A DNA stretch of 64,000 bases, taken from contig CM119374.1 of the NCBI GenBank assembly GCA_051294905.1, forward strand, positions 23,126,001-23,190,000, in the 5' to 3' direction. The translations under genes and the position numbers were made by a program. This document shows, one piece after another, positions 1 to 12,869 of this stretch (position 1 is the stretch's first letter; each line of letters begins with the position of its first letter). Below the pieces are notes generated by a model. It searched no databases. It saw nothing but the letters and a program-made list of their open reading frames with translations, and was not told where the DNA came from. The DNA is from Botryllus schlosseri (Eukaryota).

Positions 1-133
1 CCTACATCAATGATGTGCTCAATATTGACGATAGGTAAAATACCGCTATATTGGTAAGTCATGCTTGACCCATAGTCTATCTGAGATGTTTTTTTGTCTT
101 TTCAACTTCGAAAGTGCACTTTCAGAACCGCAG

Positions 134-558
134 TCAGAATTTTTCCATCACTGTAAGATGAGTCTTGCACTTTGCATGATTAACCAATTTATGAGGCATC
201 CTCCATTGCGAATACTTGCATCCATCATTTGATTTGTTGAATTTCAGGCATGGACAGCGTTTCATAGTCTTGTCATTTTTGTTACAAGTTAACCAGGGAT
301 GAGTTTTGAATAAGACTTGAGATTTCGTTTTGAAGAGTTGGATTGAAATCTCCTGTTTCTCATCGCCGTAGGCTATTTCTTTGGATTGTAGCATTGTAAA
401 ATTTGTCGATGAGGCTCAATGTTGTCGCCAGCAGATGTTTTGAAATCATTGCTCATTGCCGGATCAATGTTTGACATTGCAATTGTTTCAAGATTTGCTA
501 TCACACTCGTTTCTGGCACTGACTGAAAAAAGAGACACTTGCAAAACCATCGCTGCAA
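134..558 (-). pseudogene. Decayed hAT-type transposase fragment (TTF-type zinc-finger region), frameshifted
   Basis: Minus-strand ORF 134-394 reads FKTHPWL...C.CLKF...W.....L..H.K...H...M, resembling the TTF zinc finger of hAT/ZMYM1-like transposases. It overlaps ORF 373-558 in another frame. No TIRs found in the window. Confidence 0.4.
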
Positions 559-1209
559 TAGTAGTTATATCGTGAGCAGGAGTTTCCATGGGCTTGTGCA
601 CTGTCAATGGGTATCAGTACTGACGGCTATGAGTGTTCCATTCCAATTGGCCGAGAAATGGGTGTAAATGTTAACTTTCTTTGTTCAAGTTTATCTTCAG
701 CACTAAATTCAATTCAACAATTGGCAGACTTTATATGCTCTTCTTTGTAGGATGCAGCATGCAGATAGGGAATGGCGGCAGTTTTTGCATGTCGGTTGAT
801 GTCCGAAAACTTTCTCTTTTGATGCTTATCCATTGGATTACCTGGGTAAAATTCAAAACCTTTACCGACTTTTTAGTAGTTACGATACACTATTATTTAC
901 TATTTCTCAATGTAACGAGCAACCGATCTCCTCTTACATGGTGGAGAATACCGTATACCTGATAGGCGAAAACTACAAGAACTAGTTTGGATACTGCTTA
1001 TCATCAAAGCTAACATAATTTCATGCAAAATCCCAATTGAAAGAAATATACAGCTCACCTGCTTTCTGTATAAATTTTAAATCCAACAAATTTCCGACAG
1101 CGCGACACTTCTTATTCTCCCTCAACCAACACACCCTCAGCTAACACAAAAGACAATGACATTTTTCATTGCAAATCGGCATAAATAAAGTGGCAGAGCT
1201 AGGTATAAC

Positions 1210-2493
1210 CAAAGAATGTAGAAGGACAAGAAGTGCGAGGTCATTGCGTCGTCATTTAATTGTTACGTATGGCGTCCGCCATTTTGGTCTCAAAAGCTGC
1301 AGCGATCTGCCTTCGGTTTGCCTACAGACGCGCTCGCCGGTTCTATTAAAATTTATTTTTTGGGTAATTTCACACTTTATTTATAAAGTCCGACTATGAG
1401 TGATTAGTATATACTCCAATTAATCATTACTAAGAGACTGGAACGAGCCTCAACCCGAGAATATATTAAAAAAAGTGTTCGTGGTATCAGAGGATTTACT
1501 CAGATATCTACACTATCGAATGTTTACATTTGATATAAAAACACTGTTGGAGCTCAAAAACTACCCATGCTTTCCAAATGAAAACTTGATTTTCAGTGCT
1601 GACATAATTGTATCACCGGCCCATTTGCATCCAGAGGCCTGCCGTTCTCTTTTCAAAGCCTGAATCTGATCCTTGTTGAATAAAACCTTCCTACCCTCCT
1701 CCATCTGTTCCTAGTCATCCGAGCTTACATGCAAGTACCAAAACGATCATAAATTTACAATTCCGCTATTAATCACATCTGGGTATCTTGTATGGTTTTC
1801 ATTGTGTATTTGTATCGTCAAAATGCTACAATTAATTTCACAAGGATTTCGCATTACCACTGATTTCAACCGCGCAATTTCTTCGTCTTTCTCCCTGAAT
1901 TTGTTTGCACTGTATTCCGTGGCACACAAGACCTAAACAGGTGATAAGGGTGACTCTAAGCTTCTAATAATAATAATAACGCGCAATTTCTTCATCTTTC
2001 TCCTGACACCGGCCTTGTAGCTGCAAATTGTAAGATGGGCGACTTTATATCGTAGTGGGTGGTCTATGCTGTTACAGTATCTATGCGGAAAGTTCCTATC
2101 GGCAATATTGAATCTTACTAGCTCCATTTCCTGCTTCAACAGCATACAATCCTCACAAGAAGTCTTTAGGTTGAGATTCTAAATATATCGCCATATGTAG
2201 GCCTACAGTTCGGTGCAACCCAGAAAGGAATTTTGCTGTGGTAGTCCGGGGTGATCTGAAATAAAAACGACCAGCAGACAACCTAAATACCTAAATTCAG
2301 CTTGGTTTCTATGTCCAATATCCCAGTTGCGAGCGTAATCCCATAAATATCACTGCCAACATGACCGAAAACTACAGCCGCACGCATAGGTTCGGCTGTT
2401 TTTGTGGTCTTTTGAGACCAAAATGGATGCCGCTGCGTAACAGTGGCGTGACGCAACAATGACCTCGCACTTCTTGTCCTTCTACATTCTTTG
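1210..2493 (-). mobile_element. Non-autonomous P-superfamily DNA transposon (internally deleted, 1284 bp)
   Basis: Perfect 37-bp TIR CAAAGAATGTAGAAGGACAAGAAGTGCGAGGTCATTG (1210-1246 / 2457-2493), extending imperfectly to about 87 bp. Perfect 8-bp TSD GGTATAAC (1202-1209, 2494-2501). Internal P-transposase-like peptide on the minus strand. Confidence 0.85.
1561..1710 (-). pseudogene. P-element/THAP9-like transposase fragment
   Basis: Translates EQMEEGRKVLFNKDQIQALKRERQASGCKWAGDTIMSALKIKFSFGKHG*. This matches, from memory, the F..DQI..L.R...G.KW...TI..AL..KF..G..GY block N-terminal to the P transposase catalytic domain. Confidence 0.7.
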
Positions 2494-2899
2494 GGTATAA
2501 CATGAGCCAACAATAACAAACCAAACATTCATTCTGTTGGATTAGTGTGCGATGAACCATAGCTGCAATAATGCCTGTGAGATTGCCTTTTCCAAAATAT
2601 GATTTAACGATATGATATCATTTTTACTATATGCAGAAATTGTCGCTTAGTTTATGCGACTATTATCTCTGTCAGTCGTGTTCATCTCATATCCGGATTG
2701 ATAGACTGAATAAATTATGTTCGTTCACCTATGACCTCAAATGTTTTGTTCCAACCCAGTGACCACTACTGACGAGTCTACTACTATAGATAACTAAGGT
2801 TTACCTATACTACTACGTTCGGCTTGTGTTATTTTTGGCGATGACCAAAAACCATTGATGAGCAATAAGAAATTTAGCATCCTGAAAGCTGCATACTTA

Positions 2900-3160
2900 G
2901 GAAATCCATGAATTTAACTTTCTTTACATTTTTAAACTTATTGCTTTGCAAGAAATGTAGGTACATTTATTGTTTCAAATAAAAATGCAGGTTACGTACC
3001 GTACCGGTAACATTTTCTATGAGTACGTAGGGAAATCCATGAATTTAACTTTCTTTACATTTTTAAACTTATTGCTTTGCAAGAAAATGTAGGTACATTT
3101 ATTGTTTCAAATAAAAATGCAGGTTACGTACCGTACCGGTAACATTTTCTATGAGTACGT
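2900..3160. repeat. 131-bp direct tandem duplication (2 near-identical copies)
   Basis: GGAAATCCATGAATTTAAC...CTATGAGTACGT at 2900-3028 and 3031-3160; the copies differ by one extra A. Confidence 0.95.
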
Positions 3161-3625
3161 TGGGCTGACCAAATCTAGAAGTTATTCTATTAAAGAATTA
3201 GATTGCAAGTTTGGTGTCAATCATTATTATCTCATAACAGTTTGTATGATTTAGAAATATGAATATCTTATGCCATATTTGAAGAGCTTCTTGGAGGTAC
3301 AGAACTTCAATATACAATTAAATAGTATATTCATATTGAAATGAACCCGAATATTTTCGGCTGACACTCGTCAGGGGTAATCGTCAGCAACTAGTAGAGA
3401 ATTGGAAAGAACATTGTATATCAACAATCGTATCACAAAATATGACGTCACCAGCATGAAATTTCGAATGAGAGAGCGTTCAATGTACTATTTTTAGGTG
3501 ATACACGAACTCCTTTTGTTGACAGAGTTTTGGTTGGTGTATGCCATAGAAGAAGAAGAAGCGTAAAATATCGACTTTACGGCCATAAGAAGATGGAGAA
3601 TTTGGTCCAGATGGTCCATCGACGG

Positions 3626-4215
3626 CCATAATATGCTAAAACTAAGATCTAAGTAAGTGGAAAAGATGTCTGAAGAGGGGAACGCCATCCATTCGAGTTC
3701 CGGGCTAATCTGATGGAGGATTGCCGAATGTCCATCGGTGACATAGTGGACAGTGATACGCTCATAATATGCTGAAACCAGGATCATAAATATGTGGAAA
3801 CCATTTCTAAGGAGAGGAAAGACCAACCATGCTTGTTCCAGGCTAATTTGACAGAAGATTGGCCAATCTCCATCGATGACATAGCGGACAGTGATACGGT
3901 CATAATATGCTGAAACCAGGATCATAAATATGTGGAAACCATTTCTAAGGAGAGGAAAGACCAACCATGCTTGTTCCAGGCTAATTTGACAGAAGATTGG
4001 CCAATCTCCATCGATGACATAGCGGACAGTGATACGGTCATAATAAGCAGAAACCAAGATCATAAATATGTGGAAACCATTTCTGAAGATCTGGGAAAGC
4101 CAATAACTATGCGAGTTCCAAGCTAATCTGGGGGAAGATTGCCCAATGTCCATCAATTACATAGCGGATATGCGGATACGGTCATAATATGCTGAAACCA
4201 ATCAAAATATGTGGA
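3626..4215. repeat. 138-bp (46-codon) tandem array, about 4.2 units; possibly decayed repeat-protein coding sequence
   Basis: Units start at about 3626, 3762, 3900, 4038 and 4182. Units 3762-3899 and 3900-4037 appear identical; outer units are diverged and carry indels. Confidence 0.9.
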
Positions 4216-5192
4216 TAATGGAAATTTTGATGCTCGGCTCATACGCTTGTCATGGTGCTGTTGGCGTATAACTCGATAAAGGGCAGTCCTCGAATTAATA
4301 ACATATACTGCAATGAATGTATTGCCTGGAGAAAATATACCTGTTACTATAAATATATACCTACTCCACATATATTGTACAATTTTCTGTCAATGCTAAT
4401 GTAATATAGTAAGGAATCAGATTAGAGTATTCTTTTGAAGTTATAGTGAAACCAAAATAATCAATTTGCAAAAAATTCCAAACATTTGGGGATGCGGCCG
4501 CATCCGTCGCATACCCCTCCCATACACCTATGCCAAATAATAAACCAACGATTTAGTTTATTTATTTATCTTAGTCGGCAAAGTTAGTGAGCACATTACC
4601 CTCACAACTCAGAAGAGGTCTCATAAGCATGCAAAACTTTTGCTCAAATTTCACTGCCAGTTAGACATCAACTATATACCTATAGTTTCTGTAAAATCTA
4701 ATCCTCAAATTACTTACCTTTATCCTATCATCTATCGAATTTTGACCATACACCACGGATTTAATAGAGCGCGACTTGTGCACTGCCTGTATATTTTGAA
4801 TCTAATGGTTCTAAGCTTAGACGCCTTGCGATTCAGTTTTTGTCGCGAAAGATCTGGAAATTCGCAAGTTTTGAGTCAAAACTTTTGACTGAATAGCAGG
4901 GGTGGAAGAAAAAAAAAATTAAAGACTGTTAGTCTAGAAATAGTTGACTTTCTCTAATTTATGATGATGTAAATCCGATTTAGTGTTCTGCGAGAAGTTC
5001 ATAATGCACACGGAGTGATCCGAGGCACTTAAAATGTGGCTGGAAAACCCTTGACTATCAGTATTAAATAAGGTCCCGAGTCCGACCAAATTGTAAATCA
5101 ATTCCAACCCTTTTATGAACGATCCATGCAACAAAACATGCAGGTCTCAGTATGGGCACTGCCAAAACCGTTTCATGTTCTGTTCATTCATT

Positions 5193-5460
5193 GGCGGGGA
5201 GGATAGTGTAGTGGTTACGATAAGCGCCCACGGACCAGGTTCGATTCCCGTCGGAGGTTTATCAGGGCTCCTCTTCCCCTGCCGGCTGCCGATGCCGCTC
5301 TTACGGCGACAAAAAAAAGATCAACACCGAAAAGAACTGTGACATCGGGCACTCTGGGTTAGAGTAAAGGATCGCTACTGATGCGTGTCGTTCAACATCC
5401 TCCTATCTGTTCATGATATCGCATTGTACATTGTGTGTGACTTGTTCAGATAAAAAATAA
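5193..5460 (+). mobile_element. tRNA-derived SINE (tRNA-Asp-like head, anticodon arm truncated)
   Basis: A box TAGTGTAGTGG 5204-5214, B box GGTTCGATTCC 5238-5248, non-tRNA body, A-rich end near 5450-5460. No clear TSD. Confidence 0.7.
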
Positions 5461-8400
5461 CCCAACGATGTTATGTACATTCAAGTATTTGTTAAAACGA
5501 TTCGATAAATACTAAGTTATGTAGAAGGCAGAGATAAGTGACATAGAGGCGACCTAGTGAATCAAGAACGAACGCCCAAAGTTGCGTTCTACAAATATGC
5601 TTGGTCGAATGCATCAATCAACGGAACGTAAGTCCTGCATGTGTCGTCAAGACGGAAGTATAGACAAAATTACAATCGCCACTGTATGAATTATTTCCAA
5701 TGGAATGCTCTTCGCACATCTCGCCCTGCCACCAATTCAAAACGACGGTGAACTGTTGTGTAGTATAACCAAACTATTTGAAGGCCGAGATGGCTGTTTT
5801 GATTGTTAGATATCACCAATTATACCAAAGTGGTTCGTATACTTTATATTATTCAAGCCTTTGCACGATGCTGCGAGTAAATGGCCTACAGCCAATAGAT
5901 GGCACTCACGCGTTACACGTAGCTTCATGAATTTAGTTGATTCTCATCAACAGCGCATGGAAGAAGAGCTGGAACTGCCGCATCCAAAACACCACAATCT
6001 GGGAAAGGGGGTCAAAATATTTGCAATTATAGAACATAAAATGGATTGTCCTTACGTCACCGAATATATTAATTTTCCCCATGAGTAACGGACACGAAAA
6101 AACGTGGAATTAATAATAATAATCCATAAGTAAAGGACATCGGGCCCCTCTTTACATGGATTTTGGCCGCCGAGATGCTTCAGCAAAGACCAACCATGGT
6201 CACTAACACTTCTGATACACCGTTGCCAGAAGTACCTTCTTCGCCGTATATTCCGCATTGACAAATTGACCTTTCTTGGTGATCCCGGTCTTACCCCATG
6301 TATACCGTTCAGTTTGTGTTGTCCAGTAACCTTTATTTATGACTTCGAAACTTGAAGTTTTTCCATACATGATAATTGAGCCGAAATGTTATTTATCGAA
6401 ATATCTTCATTCACGCACGTCAGCATTGGTCGTATCTCGTATGCAAAGACTTACAGATGGCAAAGCCCAATTTCATTCCGACAAACAACAGCGTCCAATA
6501 TATAGTAGCTAATATTCGTGTCCGCTAGATGTGGATATACACCGGCAAGGTTGTCCAGGGTTAATTAGGGCGAACGACCGACGGTTTCCGGAATAAATTC
6601 GAGGTATCGCCGTAATGTAAGGTTACCGGCGTGAAGGCAACCAATCAATGGTGGCATCAAACATTTCTGAGCATCAGCAAAATAATGAAAAACAAAGGAA
6701 TTACACACAAATCCGCATTCCTGTCAAATTCCTGTCTGGGAATAAATCCGCGCTGTTATGCAGCAAGTGTCTGAGTCGCGTGACCCCGGAAAATCAAAAT
6801 CACGAAAAATCACAATGAACACATTTCCACCATACTGTCACATAGCCAATATGTAAAATATATAATATAATCATAGATGGACTGATATGAACGACGTTAT
6901 TCACCTGCATGCAATAATGATCAACAATGCAAATTTGAAACGCTATCATGAGGTCCACTATACCACTATATAACGGTTTCAACGCTATTCTTTAGATATA
7001 CAGACGTACAGAATCTGCTGAGACAGTATTATGCCTATTCAGAAATCAGACTTTGGATTACAAACGTCAAAGAAACTTCCCGAAAGATTGTACAACTGGA
7101 ACACCTAACGAGGTAACAAACGGTACGGATACAGGATCGCCAATGTTGCATATTTATCAGACGAGTCACGAATTATTGTCATAGTTGTTTTCGCGTCAGA
7201 AAATACAATGAAGTAACTACGCAGTCATGACCATATAGTCCTAGCTAAGTATCACCACTCCCGTAATTGAGATTGAGATGTTGTTTTGATACAACCCCAC
7301 ATATCGATGACAAAAATTGATTTGATTCATCTGCGCTTGGTGCTGCTTTTGTTTTTATTGTTAGCGTTGTTGATCATATTTTGATGTTTACTGACCTTAT
7401 GTCTCCTCCTGGAGTCTACATTCGGCAGGCGGACGTGCATTTTGCCGAGGGAGAAATGCATTCTTTGCATGGCAACAGTGGATAACGTTCCGTCGCATCT
7501 GAAAGCAACTGTTTGCGTGTATATTGATTCCGAGAAGGCTAAAACGCAGCTGGAATGTACGATAGAAAATGAAACAAGGGCATAACACTTATCTGATTAA
7601 CTGGAATCGAGGAGGTGCCATATTTACAAAGTAGAAAAATCATTGAATTACATTTTATGAACAGGTATTTGATGTAAATCTGGCATTGCTATTCATTTGT
7701 TGCTTACACCAGGCTAAATTTGGCGAAAGTCGACGATTCGATATTAGATTAACAAAATATATATCATTTACTTGAACGTTACCGATGCTGTATTTCCAGT
7801 GGAGTTTAGTGGGGCATTCGATCCCGATGTCGACCGAGGGCTTCTATTCCCATATTCGATCACCCTGAGCATCTGAGAGAAGCCGCGGAACAGCCAGAGA
7901 ACGTACATTCGAGGTGGCAGACAATGGACGCATTCATACTTCAGAAATCCAAGAAGAATTCCTGATAGTCGCACTGTTGTGATTGGTGTCGACATGCGCC
8001 ATCGTTGCGTTATCTACATAAATCAGAGATGTACGTACAGGATTCGATCTTCCATATCAACTTGTCAGAATCTAAATTATATCGCACACGTTATTGAGAT
8101 GGTTTCGGAGTGGATTATACGAATATGTTGAATATCCATCGATTAATCATGTCTACAATTGTACATTGGCAGAAAAGGGGGCTCTACACTGCTTTATTTT
8201 GGATCAGTAATGGCGGGACGAAACCCATTACCCATTGTATAAGTAGAATTTTCACAATTCGGTCGCTATGAAGGATTTCGCATTCTTCCGTATACAATAT
8301 ACCCATATGGTATTTCAGCGACCGATGACTCACATAGCATCTTTTAATTTTCTCAGAAAGTTTTGTCCATGATAAATGAAAGTGCTGATCAACACATTTG

Positions 8401-10099
8401 GCCGTGGTTATAAACTTTTTGGCCAGCAGTGCTCAAACTGCTCATGTTAACTCTCTATGTTCCGTGAACTCTGTATGTGCATTTACGAAGTTCACCGCAA
8501 TTTTGCTGCTCCTAATACAGACGCTCGATTAAAGCGAGCGTCAACAGTGCACTGAGACAGAAATTTCCTATTAACGTTCATACATTAGCAATGCCTATAA
8601 TCGAAATACCATAATCCGAAATACCCTAATCCGCGCAACATGTTATTTGATGCTAACGCAACAAAAACTGAAGGTAACTATATTTATATAACGCATCCAC
8701 AGTATATCGTGACTTCAAAGGGTTTTGTTTACTAATACGCAAAAGGTTTGTATTTACCCAACAAACAGTCAAGAGACGAACCACACTTTTCGATCTTGAA
8801 CCAACTTCGAACTTTATGATTGCTATGACGCTCTCTTAGTACATTCTGATGAAACCGCAGATGCATAACCTTTAATATTATTTCGCAGATCATGACATAG
8901 CGCGATATCTTCTACGTAATAACTCGCACATATAGATGATTTATCTAAAATATCTTCAGGTAACTTAACTTTGACATACCGATGTTCCATTCGAATAAGT
9001 CTTAAAAGATTATCCGCCTATGCGAATCAACTTCAAATGCGGTGCCGGTATATTGTTGTTTTTTAGATCAATGAAGTGACAAGTGTCTACCGCTAGAATG
9101 CCATAAGACGAGCGCTGAAGGTGGTGTTCCATCAAATCATGGTTACTAATAAGATAGGAGTTACAAGTAACAGTTTATTGTTTCCGGCATTACTCCGGAA
9201 TTAATTTTTGAATAATCCCTATAGCGGTTGACTTCTATGGCGTATATAAATTTAATTTGCTTCTTCCGGCCCTGCTGTATCTGGATAATTCACAAAATAT
9301 GGCATCATATAACATATTATATTAACAAAACCAGTTACCATGTAATATACCTGTTCACCTAATTAAAATGCAGAAAATCTTTAAAATGTAGAAGTGTTCA
9401 CTTATAAAAATAAATTATTTAGAAGCCATGCAACGTCGTACACATATGAATATATTCAATATCTATCATTTGACATTTTCAAATGTTTGCGTCCTGTGTC
9501 GTTTTTCTTGTTTAAAGGGAAAGGTATAGGTGATATTTTCTCATGTCTGCTGGAATTGTACATTTGAATTTATAGCAGTCTCTGAGTTAAAATGAATTGA
9601 GTTAAACTGGTCCAGAGGGGGAAAACAAGTAGACTGTGACCGACCGACTACGATCGAAGCGATTACATGTCGGATTTCAAATATAGCGTACTTAATATCT
9701 GTATCAGTAGAATTCCAAGAAACAGGTTGTAGCATTTTTATAAAACAAAACAGGTTCAGCATTCACCATGCAGGTCTAAAGCTTGATTTGCAACGCATAA
9801 ATCTGCGTCATCAACAAACCATAGTGGCAGGTCATGTAAGCGTTATAGGTCTTCCATATGTACCAACTACAACCAATAGCTCATAGCCCTAGTATGAAGG
9901 AACCATGCATGGCCTATGTACGAATTTCATCCGACAGGTTTACTGCATCTTCTCGTATTCGCAATTATACAGAGATTCTACCGATTGGCATTGTAAAATA
10001 GCAGGACTTTCAAAAGGGAGGTGAATGTGAAAGTGCGGTGATCCGACTATATAAGAAAACATTTGTTTGTGAACAAAGACAGCAAATCCCTTTGATTCG

Positions 10100-10950
10100 A
10101 GAATATCTACTGCACCTTCTCCGGGAATTTTTTTAGCCTAAAACGAAATGATAAGGGACATACGGGATTGTCTTCCGAGAAATAACATAATTAGATTTAT
10201 CGCCAGACGTCAACAATGTACCGCAATTGAGCCGAACTATATAGTGTCAAAACACAAGAAACCGCGTAATTATAGGTAGCGCATACACGAGGTGTGTGAT
10301 TTAGGCATGTATGCGTTGCAATATGTTTAACGCGAACTCGCATTAATCAATCACAACATTCCTTCTGCTATATTATGTATAATCGTCAAATTAGGCTATT
10401 TCGGTTTGATTAATGGGTACTTCCCAGCTAGTAGACGACCGAATTGAATGCTGCTAGAAGATCTTTTCTTTAAAAACGTCAGGCAATCGTCTTTCTGCTG
10501 GTAACTCTTGTAGAGATTTTGTTGAAATCTTCTAAACCGACAGAGCTATCGAAAGTTTTCCAAATTATAATCCTTTCAAGCTGCAAGTAATGTATATGAT
10601 TGGCAAGAAAGGATCGCGCAAATAAATCCTCCATATACATCATCACGGCCGATGGTGGCATTTACTGGTCAGTTGAGGTTATCCAGAAGTCGCCCCTTTA
10701 TCAGTCCATCACTATTAAGATTCTTTAGCAAGGCAAGGAATTTGGAAGTTTTCCAAGCGATTACGATAACGTATGGATAGGAAACACGATATCACATTCT
10801 CCCGAGGCATGAATCATTCTCGAACCTCGAATACGGGATGAGTTAAGGCCAGTACTTATGTGGATTTATTGGGGGATGAACGTTTAATATGCTGGGATCA
10901 TTGGCCTTTCATAAGGCTGTCGATTTCTGGCGGGTTGGACTGCTTCAGGA
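10100..10950 (-). mobile_element. Highly decayed Penelope-like reverse transcriptase relic
   Basis: Minus-strand pieces in Penelope RT order across frames: FIPQ*IH (cf. LPKIHK), TSKFLALLKNLN (cf. DTTHFL..L), MPPSAVMMYMEDL (cf. MAPSYANLFM), RKTIPYV (cf. KKSIPYSQ). Many stops and frameshifts; boundaries approximate. Confidence 0.45.
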
Positions 10951-12839
10951 AAAACGAGGTCCATTCCACATGAATCTTCTGATGTACACTCGATGAACAC
11001 GAACTCATTTTAGATCTACGATTTGTGTTGTGGTAAATCCACTTGCTTTGATGGGATCGCTTGGGAGAGAGTGAATAAGCGAGAGATAGAGAAAGGGTGA
11101 CTTTACCACGATAACATTTGTATACTCACAACATGGGTCATCGCGTGTAATGCTCATTGCCCAAGCGTCAAGCGATGCATTTAGTTCAATCTACTTTAAG
11201 GGACTAGTAAATCATAATACAACACGAGCATTCCTTGGATTTCATTACAGCAACTGCAACTGCAACTTAAATATTACAATCATCACCAGACTATCACTTA
11301 CTACCCAAACGAATCGATGGAAAGTACCTTGAGAGGGCTTAAACTTGAAACAATCCCCAGAACAAGCATTCAACTGATGGGTGGCCGGCACCAGCCGTCA
11401 CAAATTCATGAGTCACTGATAAGTGATAATAGTTTCGCCGGTACTCATCAATGGAAAGTCACGACGCAGAAGATGTACGAAGAATTTTTAAATTGGGTCC
11501 GCTTCCATGTACAATAACGGCCCCAGCAGATATCTAAAGATGCAATAACGAAACCATTATTTATACTAAAGGTAGCAGATACTGGTTCAGATACTGATGT
11601 GGTACATCTAATATCTATCACCATATTATGCATACTTAGCGTACGTGTTTATTCTAAAACCTATTTTATTCATAATGCAAAAGCAGAAAAAATGCCCCAA
11701 TTACTTATTGAACAATACTAGCATCGTTATAAATAAGTCCTAAAAAAGTAAGCTAAATTAATATGGCAAATTACAATTGGATGACACCATGTTTGATATA
11801 TATATGTGCATATGATATGTCTGCCATGGCCGTGACATGAATGAAAACAAGTAATTTGAACTCTTGAAATTACTCAAAGTCACACTGACAGAAAAACGCA
11901 AAATCCAAATCGTATCCGGCGCGGTTCTAGCAACGTGACATTTCGTAGTATTTTTCTCAAATCCGTGACCGAGCGTTAGATTTCGTGAGTATATCACCTT
12001 CAGTCGGTCTATCCTGCCATTCTAATTTCCATTATATGATGATCATGTTTTCAGTCGCAATGGATTGCCTGTCGGAACTAGGTTACATCTCAACCATTGC
12101 GTTACATGATATATGTACACTGTGCGCGGGGTATAATGGCTTCTGTCTTGCGAGTAGAGTAATAGAAAACGCACGATCGTCTGCTTCGGATAATATTTCC
12201 CGCCGTTGAGTTTCTATCATTGATATATAAGATTTCCGGCATATCAGCTAATATTGTCGTATCGGATTCATGACTGGCGTCAGGAGAATACATATAGCAT
12301 ATTTTCTATACAAACTCGCGGCGTACCAAATGCATCATCACGAGACGGAATAAAATTATTCCTACCTCCACCATGGCCTACGAACTCATTTTAGTAGGCC
12401 ATGCCTCCGCTTATTTGTACGGATCTGTAGTGTCTGCGCTGACAACTGGCGAACAGCCGACTGAAACTGTCGCAAGGATATCGCTTTATCTAAGATGTTA
12501 AAGTGCGAACTTGTGATAGATTTCCTGTGACAAGTCTAGTAACGTGTTTACTGATTCAGTCGGACGTATATAGGTGTCGTTGTCACTCATTGTATTGTGT
12601 CCGGAATTTTCCTCCTTGACTGTTTTTTACTGTCAGTCAAATCACTCCGATTTGAACTGAATTATACCATGACATCTGTGAATTCTGACTGAAAGACTGT
12701 GTTTATGACTGTATATACACATAGGTATAACAGTCTGCGTATGCATTTGTCAAAAAATCCTTTTCAGCACCAAACCTATATTATCCGTTTTGTTGATGTC
12801 AAGTATTTTTGTTTCCAAATACATTTTAATGTAGCAATC

Positions 12840-12869
12840 CGGGGTAATAACTAAGTATCGTAGGCCCCG
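12840..12869. mobile_element. 30-bp hairpin micro-element (left arm partly lost) with 7-bp TSD
   Basis: CGGGGTAATAACTAAGTATCGTAGGCCCCG flanked by AGCAATC at 12833-12839 and 12870-12876. Its right arm is identical to that of the copy at 23168-23203. Confidence 0.75.

Noticed and set aside
3494-4156. 220-aa minus-strand ORF as a real gene
   Set aside because: Its length comes from the tandem array, and it switches frame relative to the repeat consensus in the outer units. Not called without expression data.
3770-4195. Recurrent TGC-TGA as a Cys-Sec selenoprotein motif
   Set aside because: The first unit has TAA at that position, the outer units are frameshifted, and I cannot identify a SECIS element.
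4488-4535. GGGGATGCGGCCGCATCC palindrome as a regulatory element
   Set aside because: It looks like an orphan end of a GC-rich MITE; no partner end or TSD was found.
5193-5260. Functional tRNA gene
   Set aside because: The anticodon arm is truncated, there is no acceptor stem or T-run terminator, and it continues into a SINE body. The same holds for 22602-22670.
6145-6175. LHGFWP resembling the RNase T2 active-site motif
   Set aside because: No second catalytic motif or exon structure; probably chance.
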